Source of the DNA: Macrostomum lignano
Taxonomy: Eukaryota
DNA: 64,000 nucleotides
NCBI GenBank assembly: GCA_002269645.1
Contig: NIVC01000327.1
Coordinates: forward strand, 437,696-501,695
Reading direction: 5' to 3'
Part shown: piece by piece, positions 46,301 to 58,794 of the stretch
Position numbering within the stretch: position 1 is the first letter of the stretch
How the letters are laid out: every line of letters begins with the position of its first letter
Notes under the pieces: generated by a model
Told to the model about the DNA's origin: nothing
Seen by the model: the letters and a program-made list of their open reading frames with translations, nothing else
Databases searched by the model: none
Made by a program: the position numbers and the translations under genes

Positions 46301-48708
46301 TAAAAACCACTTGGCGTCATTTTTGCGCCCCCCCAACGGGGGGCTTAAATTGCTAGTCTTATATACTAAATCTCTAATCTATGTCTGTCTGTCTGTCCGT
46401 GTAAAACGCTCTACACATTGCAATTCTTGACCAATTTCGATCGCGTTTTCACCAAAAAATTGCAACTCAGCCAAGGATTATATGGTTCAAAATTTCTTTT
46501 ATCTGCTTCAATTCTAAAGGTCTTAAATATTCAAAAAACTGTATTTTCCCTATCTAATTAGTGTATTTTTCCCGCAGTGAGAGCTCGAAAAATAATAATA
46601 CGTCTATGGCCATAGACTAAAATTTAATTTCTTGAGCTGATGCTACGAGCTATAAATAATTAAATATTCGCAAGCTTCAGAGTATGCACGAGGGAGATAA
46701 AAATATATTAAATTAATTTTCATTTATTTGTAGCTTGTGCCTGGACTAATCGAACATTTTTTTAGTAAAAGCAACTATTTTTTATTAATTAGTAATAATT
46801 AGCTTCGACTATCAGTTATCCCATCAATTGTTATTGCCTAAGGTCTAAGAAATCGCTAAAATGCAGACGATGTTGCTAAACTGCTGAAAGTATTGCTAAA
46901 AGCTGTGTTGTGCAAAAGATTGCAAAGTTGAAAAACGAAAAACTGCTGAGGTAGTTCCTCCAGACTTATAAGTGTATAGCTGCAAACTGCCGATGGGATA
47001 ACTATCTACAGAGTTTTAGTGGATAATAACTGTGAATGATTAATTGCAAGTTTATTGAGGGGATAACTGTATTCTGCTGAGTGAATTATTGTAGTTTGCT
47101 GATGTTAATGAAAGTTGTAGACGGCAAAGTGGATATCTGCAGGCTGTTAATAGTATGACTGCATTCTGTTTTGCGGGATTAGAAGAGAAGCTACAAGCTA
47201 CAAGAATTACTGAATTACTGTAGACAAGCAATAACAGGCATAGGCTAAGCAGATGGTAGGCAGTTAGAGTCTGCATTGAAGCAGCAAATTTATCTGGCTT
47301 ACTGGGGGAATTGTTGAGATGTCAAGGCTTACTGGGGAAATTGCTGCAATCTCGAGGCTTACTGGACTGGGAGAATTGCGTACTCGTAGATGCCAAGGCT
47401 CGAGTTTAATTGCTGCGATGTCAAGGCTTACTGGGGGGATTTCTGAGATGTCAAGGCTTAATGGGGTAATTGCTGCGATGTCAAGGCTTACTGGGGAAAT
47501 TGCTGAGATGTCATCAAGGCTTATGGCATATTGAGCTCCTGCTGCGGACCAGAATATGCCCAGGCCAATGACGATATGCACTAAGAGTTTGTGCTTGAAA
47601 GGATAAGTACTATTTGCTGAATGAGAAAGGGTTTTGGGCTGATGAAGGAAACTTTGGCTGGTGAAGGTTTTGATTCATGGCAACTGGGGGAATTGTTGAG
47701 TTGTCAAGGCTTACTGGGGGAATTGCTGAGATTTCAAGGCTTGCTGGGGGGAATTGCTGAGATGTCAAGGCTTACTGGGAGGAATTGCTGAGTTGTCAAG
47801 GCTTACTGGGGGAATTGCTGAGACTTTAAGGCTTACTGGGGGAATTTCTGAGATTTCAAGGCTTACTCGGGGAATTGCTGAGATTTCAAGGCTTACTGGG
47901 GGGAATTGCTGAGATGTCAAGGCTTACTGGGGGAATTGCTGAAATGTCAAGGCTTACTGGGAGAAATTGCTGAGATTTCAAGGCTTACTGGGGGAATTAC
48001 TGAGATGTCAAGGCTTACTGAGGGAATTACTGCGATGTGAAGGCCTACTTGGGGGAATTGCTGAGTTATCAAGGCCTACTGGGGGAATTGTGAGAAGTCA
48101 AGACTTACTGGAGGAATTACTGAGATTCGAGACTTACTGGGGAATTACTGAGAGTTCAAGGCTTACTGGGGGAATTGCTGAGACTTCAAGGCTTACTGGG
48201 GGAATTTCTGAGATTTCAAGGCTTACTCAGGAAATTGCTGAGATTTCAAGGCTTACTCAGGAAATTGCTGAGATGTCAAGGCTTACTGGGGGAATTTCTG
48301 AGATTTCAAGGCTTACTGGGGGGAATTGCTGAATTGTCAAGGTTTACTGGGGGAATTGCTGAGATGTCAAGGCTTACTGGGGAAATTATTGAGATGTCAT
48401 CAAGGCTTATGGCATATCGAGCTCCTGCTGCGGACCAGAATATGCCCAGGCCAATGACGATATGCCCTAAGAGTTTGTGCTTGAAAGGATAAGTACTATT
48501 TGCTGAATGAGAAAGGGTTTTGGTCTGATGAAGGAAACTTTGGCTGGTGAAGGTTTTGATTCATGGCAATTTATTTTTGCCAAAAATGAGAAAAAGTAAG
48601 TTTTGATTAATGGATTTTGAATAATAAGTAAGGCTTTTACTCATAGGCCAAAATAAAAACCACTTGGCGTCATTCTTGCGCCCCCCAACGCGGGGCTTAA
48701 ATTGCTAG
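40304..48708 (+). mobile_element. Three head-to-tail non-autonomous Helitron units (family Y): 40304-44559, 44560-46356, 46357-48708
   Basis: Each starts TC..TATATACTAAATCTCTAATC(TATG)(TCTG)n and ends GCCCCCC-AAC-G(G/C)GGGGC hairpin + TTAAATTG + CTAG. Confidence 0.9.
41180..48400. repeat. Blocks of a 29-30-bp minisatellite (ggggaattgctgagatgtcaaggcttactg) inside the Helitron Y units
   Basis: Arrays at ~41180-41310, 41510-41900, 42120-42290, 42450-42750, 43740-44120, 44290-44480, 45155-46030, 47295-47510, 47685-48400. Confidence 0.9.
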
Positions 48709-49344
48709 TCTATGTAATCTAATCTATGTCTGTCTGTCCGTGTAAAACGCTCTGCAGACTGCAATTCTTGACCAATTTCGATCGCGTTTTCACCAAAAAA
48801 TTGCAACTCAACCAAGGATTATATGGTTAACACTTCTTTTATCTGCTTCAATTCTAAAGGTCTTAAATATTCAAAAAACTGTATTTTCCCTATCTAATTA
48901 GTGTATTTTTGTCGCAGCTCGAAAAATAATAATACGTCTATGGCCATAGACTAAACTTTAACTTCTTGACCTGATGCTACGAGCTATAAATAATTAAATA
49001 TTCGCAAGCTTCAGAGTATGCACGTGGGAGATAAAATATGCGTATAATAAATTAATTTTCATTTATTTGTAGCTTGTGCCTGCCTGGACTAATCGCTAAA
49101 TTGCAGACGATGCAAAATCTTCGTTGCATTGATGTGCAAAAGACTGCCAATATCTATCAAAAATTGATTATATAATGAGCCGTACAATTATTGAAAGGAT
49201 CATTGCAGCTTCCTGAGGATACTGAGGGGCCAGCAAAGAGAAAAACTGCAGACTGCTGAGAATGAGAATTTTTGTATACTGCAAATGGAATGACCGCAGG
49301 TTGCTGAGGAGAACTGCAGATTGTCGAAGGGATCATTCATTTAG

Positions 49345-52300
49345 ACGCGGGACGCGTTGTTTGCTGCTGATGGAGTGCGAAATGATGCCGACCCAAAATC
49401 AGTTGGGAAGCAAGTGTTTCTCTCCTCCAGCTTTGTGGGAGGGCCCCGCTATATGATGGAGCGACTCCAGGATGCGATGGCCTACGTGCACAAATTCGGC
49501 AAGCCGGATCTGTTCGTGACGGCCACATGCAACACCAGATGGCAAGAGATCACAGACGAGCTGCTGCCCGGACAGAAGCCTGAGGACCGGCCGGACATTG
49601 TCAGCCGCGTGTTCCAGCTTAAGAAGAAGGCTCTGATGGACAGGCTGAAGAAGAGATTTGGAACTGTGGTTGCGCACATTTGTTCGCTGGAATACCAGAA
49701 GCGCGGTGAGCCAGTCAGTTTTTTTGCTGACCTCATTATTTAGTATTTTGGAATTTCTGTCTTTAGCCATTTTTAGTTCGTAGCTTACATATTTAATTTA
49801 CTTTTTGAATTTAATTTTAATCCAACGAGCCTAAATATTTTGTTTGAATTTTCTAGGCATAAATGGGATGCTAATATTTTGGATTTTTACTAAATCATAA
49901 TTTTCACATCGTTTACCAAACACTCTTCTGTGTATTCAGCTCACTGATCAGTATATTCTATCCAGGTCTGCCGCACGTGCACATTCTTCTTTGGATGGTG
50001 AGCGGGAACCGCGTGAATCCGGACCGATACGACGAGATTGTCTGTGCAGAGATCCCGGATCCTCGGACTCAGCCATTACTGCACGAGCTGGTAAAGACAC
50101 ATATGATTCACGGGCCGTGCGGGACAGTGAATCCGAACTGTGTCTGCATGGAGGGCGGAAGATGCACCAAGAACTTTCCGAAGGAATATCTGTCGGCCAC
50201 TCTGGTTAATGACTTCGGCTATCCGCACTACAGACGGCGATCCCCGGAAATGGGAGGATTCGTAGTGGACAAGCCGTTCAGAGGCCGAAGCGTTCGAATG
50301 GACAATCGGTGAGTCAGCAAGGCATCTTGCAAGGAACTAAGCCTGCATGAGTGCTCACTTTTACTATTGGCTTCTCTGATCTCACTCACTCACTCACTGA
50401 CTCAATCACTCACTGACTCACTCACTGACTCACTCACTTACTCACTCACTCACTGACTCACTCACTCACTCATTCACTCACACCTTTTGCCCCGTCGTTC
50501 ACCCACTCTTTTATTTGTATTTTCAGCCACTATATACCCAGTTTTCTGCTCCTGAAAACTCTCCAGGTTTGTTGTGCCCTACAATCCTAGCCTGCTGCTG
50601 GAATTCGAATGCCACATGAACGTAGAAATCTGTGCCTCGGTGAAATCAGTTAAGTACATAATTAAGTACTTATTGAAAGGCGGTGATATGGCATCCTTTC
50701 GGTTGACACAGGCGAATGGCTCCGCACAGTCCGAGCAGTCGGCAGCCAGCGAGGCGCCGCAGGCTGGGAAACAGCGAGACCAAGGTGCAGCAGTTGCGCA
50801 AGCACGCGATGAGATTGCGGAATACCTGTCTGCTCGGTACATTGGTCCAATGGAGGCAGTTAATACTATCCTGGGCTTCGAAGTAAGTGCAGAGAATTTA
50901 TTTTTAAATTGTCAATGGTATTTTTCCATGCCTATTTTTTCATGCGTGAGCATGTATTTGTTCATTCAATTTAATCTGATGCGTCTGTGGCCCTTTAAAT
51001 TAAAGAGAAAATCAGTTCTAAAATTCCGCTTTCTACCAGGTCCACAACAGATCCCCAGCCGTCATTCGCCTGTGCGTGCACAATCGCAATGAGCAGCTGG
51101 TTTACTTCAACGAAGCAACCGCGAGCGCAAGGGCGAGGGCGCCAAAAGATTCTACACTGACGGCTTTCTTCAAGCTATGTCGCATTGATGAGTTTGCTCG
51201 CAGACTGCTCTATACGGAAATGCCGTCTTACTTCACGTGGCACCAGAGCGCCAGGGAGTGGCGTCGCGCCAAGCGCGGTGCCGAAGTTGAAGGACATCCG
51301 GGCGTGAGGCGGAGCACCAACATCTCTCGAATGTACACCGTGTCTCCGAGAGCTGGCGACCTGTTCTTCGCGCGTCTTTTGCTGCTGCACGTGAGGGGAC
51401 CGACCAGCTATGAGGCACTGCGGACCGTGGACGGCGTGCTGTTTGCTGATTCGAAAGCTGCGTGCATGGCTTTGGGTCTGCTGCAGCAAGATGATCACTG
51501 GCAGAGGTGCCTAGCGGAGGCTGCGCAGTCACGGATGCCGCGAGCTCTGAGGCACTTGCTGGCAGTCATCCTCATTTGGGGTGAACCTTATGACGGCAAA
51601 AATCTGTGGCGCAGCTTTGCCGATGACCTGTGCGAAGATCTGCGTTATTATCACCCGGAGCTGAGCGTCGAGGAGGTGACCGACTTGGCGCTGCGCGAGG
51701 TGCAGGACATGCTGACAGCCATGGGCGGCTTCAGCTTGCAAGAGTACGGACTGCCTACGGCCTCTGCTGCACCCCAAGTAGGGCTGCTGCAGTTCGACCC
51801 GGTCGAGCAGGCTGAGATCGCCGAGATGCGAGTTCCACAGCTGACCGAAGAGCAACGGGTTGTGTTCGACTCCATCACTGCGGATCTGACCACTGGCACT
51901 GGCGGTCTGCACTTTGTAGATGCGCCGGCAGGAACAGGAAAGACATTTCTTCTGGAGGTGCTGCTGGCTTTCGTACCCAGCAGGCGAGAAGTCGCCATTG
52001 CTGTCGCAGCATCCGGCATCGCTGCCACCCTGCTGCCTGGCGGAAAGACGGCGCACTCGACGTGAGTTTATTTGACAAAAATATGGAAACAAAACACAAA
52101 ACAGCTTCATGTAGTACGAGTATGCAGTAATGTATGTCTCACATTACATAAATCTGCCTTCTTGGATAGATAAAATAGCATTCAATTTTCACTTACAGTT
52201 CAACAGGATTCCTTTTTTTTGTAAATTTTGCTGCTGGATGTAATTGTATTAGAAAATTGTTTGAAACCTGCATAATTTGAATTGAAATTTCCTGGCTGTC

Positions 52301-53631
52301 CAGGTTCGGTATTCCGGTTCGCCTGGTGCGCTCAGACAGGGACGTCTGCAGTGTCGGCGCTCAGTCGCAGAAGGCTGCCTTTCTCAGGAGCACCCGCCTC
52401 ATTGTCTGGGACGAGATATCCATGACCCACCGGAAGGACTTGGAATCCGTCGACAGGACCCTGCGTGACGTCCGGAAGCAAAATTCTCTCTTTGGAGGAG
52501 TGGTGCTGGTGTGCGCTGGGGACTTCCGCCAGCTGCTTCCAGTTGTGAAGAATAGCACCAGGGCTAACAATGTTGAGGCCTGCGTCAGCAGATCCGGCTT
52601 GTGGCAGTCGTTCCGGCGGCACCGCCTGACAAGGAACATCCGGTTGCTAAGCAGTTCTGATGATGCGCTGTCTCAACGGTATTCGCATATGCTGATGCAG
52701 GTGTGTTTGAGGGTAGTAATCATATATGTTAGTTGGTTTCTTGTGTTTCTCCTGTGACATTTGCTTCTTCTATTTATTCTGTTTTCCTCCTTGTCGGATA
52801 TCATCGTTAATTTTGCTTGGTGATAATAGATACGGCATGATATAGATAGATACCCTCCGTCTTCAGATCGGTTCTGGCACTACCGAGTACGACTCAGAGG
52901 GGGGAATCTCCCTTCCTTCGGAGATCCTGCTGCCGCCAGACGCCTCACTGGGAGACCTGATCGAGTTCGTCTATCCCTCGTTCGAAGCATCCGAGGTCAG
53001 AGACAGTTTCTTTGCGACCCGTGCGATCTTGGCGCCGTACAACGACTCGGTTGACGCAATCAACGATCAGTGTCTGGCGATGTTTCCCGGCAGCCAGCGC
53101 GAGTACCGGTCGATTGACAGCGTGCCCGATGAGGACTCGGCCACCCACTTCCCGCCGGAACTGCTCAACCGGTTGGACGCACCGAACTTGCCAAAGCACC
53201 AGCTCAGGGTCAAAGTGGGCATGCCGGTGGTCCTGCTGCGGAACATCAACCCGCCTCGGCTGTGCAACGGCACCCGGCTCATCGTCCTGGCACTAGGAGA
53301 CAATGTACTGCGCTGCAAAGTGGCGGCCGGCCAGTACGTAGGCGATGAAATACTGCTGCCTCGGATCCCGCTCGTGCCAAACAACGCAGACTTGCCAATT
53401 CGCTTCAAGCGGCTACAGTTTCCGATCAAGGCCAGCTTCTGCCTGACTATTCACAAGTCGCAGGGCCAGTCGCTGGAGACCGTCGGCATCGACCTGGCTG
53501 ATGGCTGCTTTGCCCACGGGCAGCTTTACACGGCGCTGTCTCGGGCCAAAGATGCTGCCAATGTTCGCGTCCGCATTTCCGATAATAAGACGCGTAACAT
53601 TTTGTACCCAGAGGTGCTTTCTAGAGATTAA
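49345..53631 (+). CDS. Helitron RepHel (HUH endonuclease + PIF1-like helicase), 5'-truncated, 5 introns; exons 49345-49705, 49966-50308, 50567-50882, 51040-52061, 52304-52700, 52867-53631
   Basis: DLFVTATCN..WQEI; EYQKRG|LPHVHIL; KYIIKY; APAGTGKT; WDEISM; GDFRQLLP; TIHKSQGQSL; GQLYTALSRA; all GT-AG introns keep frame, 3204 nt = 1067 aa + stop. Confidence 0.95.
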
Positions 53632-54856
53632 GAGACCCTTAATAAAGACGTGCCAGTTAGCCGCCTTTAGACCAGTTAATAGAACACTAGCCCTCTAATC
53701 GACTGACCAGTTACGAGCTAATGAGCCTCTTAATTAGGGGCAAGTTGGTGAGTAGATAAGAGACCAATTGATGTGTTGCTTTAGAAGGCAGGCAGCCAGC
53801 ATTATTCCTGAGACTTTCTATACTTAATCTGTTTTTTAAATTAAAAATTACAGTTGTTTCCGCTTGTATCTGCTGCTGTTTTTTCTTTTCCCTTTGTATT
53901 GAATCGATAAGTGATTTTACTTACTTATTACTCAAAAAAGCATAGATATTTTGGCTTCTTAAAGTGAGTCCACATATTGCATTTTATTTACAAACATTGG
54001 CCCAGTTATATTAGCACGATTTTTAGTAGCGTTTTTCATTATTTCGATGTTGGTGACTGCCTTGACAACTAGCAGCAAGCATTATCTGTATTAAAAGTGC
54101 AGTATATTTTCGATATAAACTTCATGGCAGTGCATGTTATTACAACAGTTTATGTTTAATAGTCTAAAATATTTACAAGGTCGATTTCGATTAAAAACAA
54201 TCTAATATAGCACTTTTCGTACAATCGGATTGCTTGCTGTTGCATCAGGGAAGGGCCTCCCTCTCGGTTATCAAGAAACCCTGATGAACAGAAGTCAAGG
54301 CAAAAGGAAGCAGACAACTGGCATTTTCTGTGACAGTGGCTAACCTGAAAAATTATCTCAAACAATTTTACTGCCCGTATAAACTTCACTGCTTAAATTA
54401 AAAACTCTGCCAAATAGCCATGCGATTGATTGTCTGCTTCTGAGTCACAACGAGAGGGAATTGAGTTCTTTTTAGGAAGCTATCAATGTCAAAAGGCCTA
54501 GCTTCCTTCTCAAACCTTCTGAAGTACACTCGTTTATAAATACTTTATTATTCGCTAAATGAGAATAACTTGGCTATCCATTTCCTATTGCCAATTAGAA
54601 ATAGGAGGTTGGGGCCTAAAAAAATTCGGTGCTCATTATTTTCGTACTTTTGTCCCAGGTGAATTGACATTGCACAGTCACCAACATTGAGGAATGTAAA
54701 ATTTTAGAGCTTTTTAGAGCTCTCAGTAAAATTGGTATTAAAACTGTTTAGAGATTTCCTACTGCGGAACTCCTTGGGGATTAGTAGCATTTGCTCAGCG
54801 ACTGTGCAAAACTACTTATAGACAAGCGCTAAACTACTAAGAAGCCACCCGGAGGG

Positions 54857-55024
54857 GGCCAGTCGCTGGTGACCGTTGGCATCGAACTGACTGACGGCTG
54901 CTTCGCCTACGGCCAACTGTATACTGCGCTGTCTCGAGCAAAAGATACTGCCAATGTTCGTGTTCGGATATCAGGCAATCGAACGAGAAACATTGTGTAC
55001 CCAGAGGTGCTTTCTGATGATTAG
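54857..55024 (+). pseudogene. Second, diverged Helitron helicase C-terminal fragment
   Basis: GQSLVTVGIELTDGCFAYGQLYTALSRAKDTANVRVRISGNRTRNIVYPEVLSDD* is paralogous to 53464-53631. Confidence 0.9.
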
Positions 55025-55144
55025 GCTGCTCAACATTGTAATTGCCTCGAGTTTTTTTAATAATCCTCGACGCTTTTAATAATTTGGAATCTTGAGTAAG
55101 CTTGAGCCGAGTGGCTATACATAATACGTAGTGCGTGCTATCTA

Positions 55145-57735
55145 AACGCTCAGCCTTCGACAATATTTTGCTGATGTAGTGCACTGGACGACCCTCCTGG
55201 CTCAGAATTCCTCCCAGGGCCTTCTGCGAAGCATCGAACTCGAGCTCCACAGGCCGATCTGGATCATAGGCCGTTAGCTGCGCAGCTCTAGATATTGAAG
55301 CTTTGGGGTTTCCCAGCGCCTTGCTCTGTTTCGGTCCCCACTCGAAGGGTACATTTTTTTGCTTCAGCTGCATCAGCGGAGCAGTCAGGTCACCTAAATT
55401 CTGAATGAACCGTGAGCAAAATGCCACTAAGCCCAGGAATGATTCTAGCTCAGCCAGGTTTTTAGGCGCTTCCATGTCTTTAATTGCACGAACTTTTTCT
55501 TCGTCTGGGTAAATGTTGCCGTTTTCGAGTATGTGGCCCAAAAACCGAATCCTGCTTTGATTCCGCTGGCACTTCTTATTTACACGAAGTCCCTCTGCTT
55601 CCAGCCGCTGCAGAACCTCCTCCTCTCTTGACAACAGCTCGTCCTCGTTCTTTCCACCGATCAACACATCATCTATGTAGGCTATAGATCCATTAATTCC
55701 CTGAATTACTTCTGAGATATATCTTTGGAAAATGGACGGCGCCGTTTTTATCCCGAACACTAGTCTGTTATATTGGTAATTCCCAAATGGTGTTGACATC
55801 ACTGTTAGCGGCTTTGATCCGGCATCCAGCTCGATTTGATTGTAGGTTTTCTCCAAGTCGAGCAGTGTGTGTCGCTTGCAGCCAGATACTACTGAAAACG
55901 CCTCTTCCGGAGTCGGCATCGGGTAGCTGTCAGGTACCAATTGCGGGTTTAGAGTCCTTTTGTAATCCACGCAGAGCCGAATTCCTCCACGTTGTTTCGG
56001 CACGACCACAATAGGCGATGCCCACTCTGCGAAACGTACAGGCTCTATGATTCCTCCTGGAGCAATCGATCTATCTCTCTCGAACAGCTTCACGTTAGGC
56101 AGAAGGCAGCGGCCTTGCCTTTATGTGATTCGGTGTCGCGCCCGCCTTTAACTCTAGATGCGCTTTCATAGATGCACAAGGTGCCGCCTCTCCCACAGCC
56201 TGACTTGATTCCAGATGGACACAAGGCACGTCCCTTCCAAGAAGAGCGTAGCTCTTGTTCACTTTCACAACTTCAAATTGATTGACCGAAATTTGCCTTC
56301 GATATCAACAGTTGCTTCATACCTTCCCAATACATGAAATGTATGGTCACTCGCATAGCCTCCCAGCTTTACGTCCGAAGGTCTTAGAGTTGGGCGACCA
56401 AGTTGGTTCCACAAGGCTTCTGACAAGATCGAACTCCAGCTCCCGTATCGAGCTCGAAACGGATGGGATGCCCTCTGTTTGCTTCGAGAATCTTCACCGT
56501 GATAGCAATCGGCTATCGAGGCTGCTGTCGCTGACAACACCTTCAGGCTTCCGCCGCGAAAATGTTTCCACTCCCAGCTACATGTTGTACAGAATTTCCG
56601 CCTGATGTCCTGCTTTTACTCTCACCATTTCTGCAGACCTTCGCAAAATGATTAGGCTTACCGCACTTATTGCAACTTTTCCCAAACGGGGGGCACTGCA
56701 TCCTGGCATGTGCGCGTCGACACTTTTGACACGCCTTCTCGAGACCCTTTCCGTGAGTCTGATTGCTCTTCTTTTCGACGGTTCTAGGCGGTTCTAGTTG
56801 TACAGAATTTCCGCCTGATGTCCTGCTTTTACTCTCACCATTTCTGCAGACCTTCGCAAAATGATTAGGCTTACCACACTTATTGCAACTTTTCCCAAAC
56901 GGGGGGCACTGCATCCTGGCATGTGCGCGTCGACACTTTTGACACGCCTTCTCTAGACCCTTTCCGTGAGTCTGATTGCTCTTCTTTTCGACGGCTCTAG
57001 GCTTCGATAAATCGACCTTTAGGATGGACCCAGCATCAGTTTTTGGTGCACTCTTCATAATAGGAGTCTCCAACAGACTTGCATGCGCTTCTGCTTCGCT
57101 AGCTGCGTCCTTAAAACTGAGCTTCTTGTGATCTTTGACGATAAGCTTCCTAATAATGCCTTGGTTGTTTCGGCCGCAAATGAACTGATCACGCAGTCTT
57201 TCGTCCTTGTTTTGAAACTCACAATTTTCTGCCGCTTTGATCAATCGCTCGGAGAACACTCGCACTGTTTTGTTTGGTTCTCGTCTTTTACTTTGAAAAT
57301 TGAATCTTTCGGCAAGGACGTACGTTTTGGGCAGCATTATTTCCTCCAGCGCTGTTTTCAGCTCGTCGAATTTCTTATCTCCAGGCTTTTTGGGCGCCAG
57401 ATAGTCCGCCAGTTTTTCAAACAGCTGCGGTGCGAGTCTCAAAAGCAGCACCTGAGCCTTGTCGGTCGCGCTCCAGTTGAAGAACTTCGACGCGATCTCG
57501 AGGCGATCCATCCATCGCTCCAGGCTAGAGTTCTCGTCCAATCGCTCTATTTCGGCCATTCTCGACGTTGGACGGCTGCTTTGGTTCGACAAAGTCGCAT
57601 CCTGTGAGAGCATGCTCGGAGCTATTGCTGCAATCTTCACTGTAGACTTCACTGGTGTCTTACCAGGTACTTTTCCTGGTGACTTCGACATATCTCGCAA
57701 GTTGACTAAGTCCAAAAGCTTGCGACGCCACTGCT
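55145..57735 (-). mobile_element. Ty3/Gypsy retrotransposon 3 (gag-protease-RT-start of RNase H; 3'-truncated)
   Basis: Gag AERFNF...RLRDQFICG; four Cys/His knuckles; protease FELDTGA (frameshifted); RT WASPIVVVPK...LCVDYK...YIDD; RNase H EFDASQKALGG; PBS-like TGGCGTCG at 57730. Confidence 0.9.
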
Positions 57736-58129
57736 ATGTATGCACTAAGGAGACTGAGTCATTCGGTCGTTGTCAGACGATTGCGAGAGTTTTGTACTCA
57801 TATATTTCAGAGCGCTCACGCCAAGCGTCTTCTAGGCCTCTTGGCTTTCTTTAATTTCTGCTCTGATGTACATTATAAAATAAAATTACTGTGGTGGTTC
57901 CCAGGTGTCTATGGCCCTGAGCCCACACACAGCATTTTCAGTATTCTCACAGTATTCTCTCAATGTTTAACAGCGCTTGTTGCCAAACGTTCTGCCAAAA
58001 AGTCTGCCAGCTGGCAGAAAAAGCGTTGCGCCAATATTTTGGCAATTGGAAAGAAAAGCCGCCTCCCCACTTGGTGGTCTTTCGTGCTATGAACTGACTA
58101 AAAAACTAACCCTTGCTACAGCTGCTCCT

Positions 58130-58420
58130 GCTGCAGCTGCTACTGCTGCAGCTGTTAGTGCGCCGACTGCCCGTGCGGCAGCTACTCCAGCTGCGGCTGC
58201 TCCTGCCGTCCCGACTGCTCCTGCCGTCCCGACTGCTCCTGCCGTCCCGACTGCTCCTGCCGTCCCGAGTGCTCCTGCCGTCCCGACTGTTCCTGCCGTC
58301 CCGAGTGCTCCTGCCGTCCCGACTGCTCCTGCCGTCCCGACGTCTGCTGCTGCTGCTGCTGCTTCTCATAATTCTGGGACTGGGGCTGGGGCTGGGGCTG
58401 GGGCTGGGGCTAGGGCTGTG
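58130..58420. repeat. 18-bp tandem repeat (gactgctcctgccgtccc) with flanking (GCT)n and (GGGGCT)n
   Basis: Direct repeats. Confidence 0.85.
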
Positions 58421-58469
58421 GCTGGGGGTAGGTGCGTTGTGCAATAGTGTTGGGCACTGTATTGATTAG

Positions 58470-58690
58470 CGATTCTAGAGGTGGTTTATGACCGATTCTA
58501 GGGGTGGTTTTGACCGAGTCTAGGGGTGGTTTATGACCGAGTCTAGGGGTGGTTTATGACCGATTCTAGGGGTGGTTTATGAGCGACTCCAGGGGTGGTT
58601 TATTAGCAATTCTAGGGGTGGTTTATTAGCGATTCTAGTGGTGGTTTATGACGATTATAAAGATGGTTTATGAGCGATTCTAGGAAGTGG
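58470..58690. repeat. ~23-bp minisatellite (gattctaggggtggtttatgacc)
   Basis: Direct repeats. Confidence 0.85.
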
Positions 58691-58794
58691 TTCATTCATT
58701 CTGTTGACTCCGTTTTGCGTTCCCACTTGAATTAAAATTGAAATATTGAAATGTTTTTATGCTCTAAATATATAAAGCATCTTTAATTGTTTAC

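Noticed and set aside
54837-55145. C-terminal extension of the 418-aa RT ORF
   Set aside because: Gypsy homology ends near 55145; the rest is read-through into unrelated DNA and the antisense of the helicase fragment
57977-58469. Ala/Pro-rich ORF (TAPAVP)n
   Set aside because: Arises from simple repeats; open on both strands with no domain or splice support
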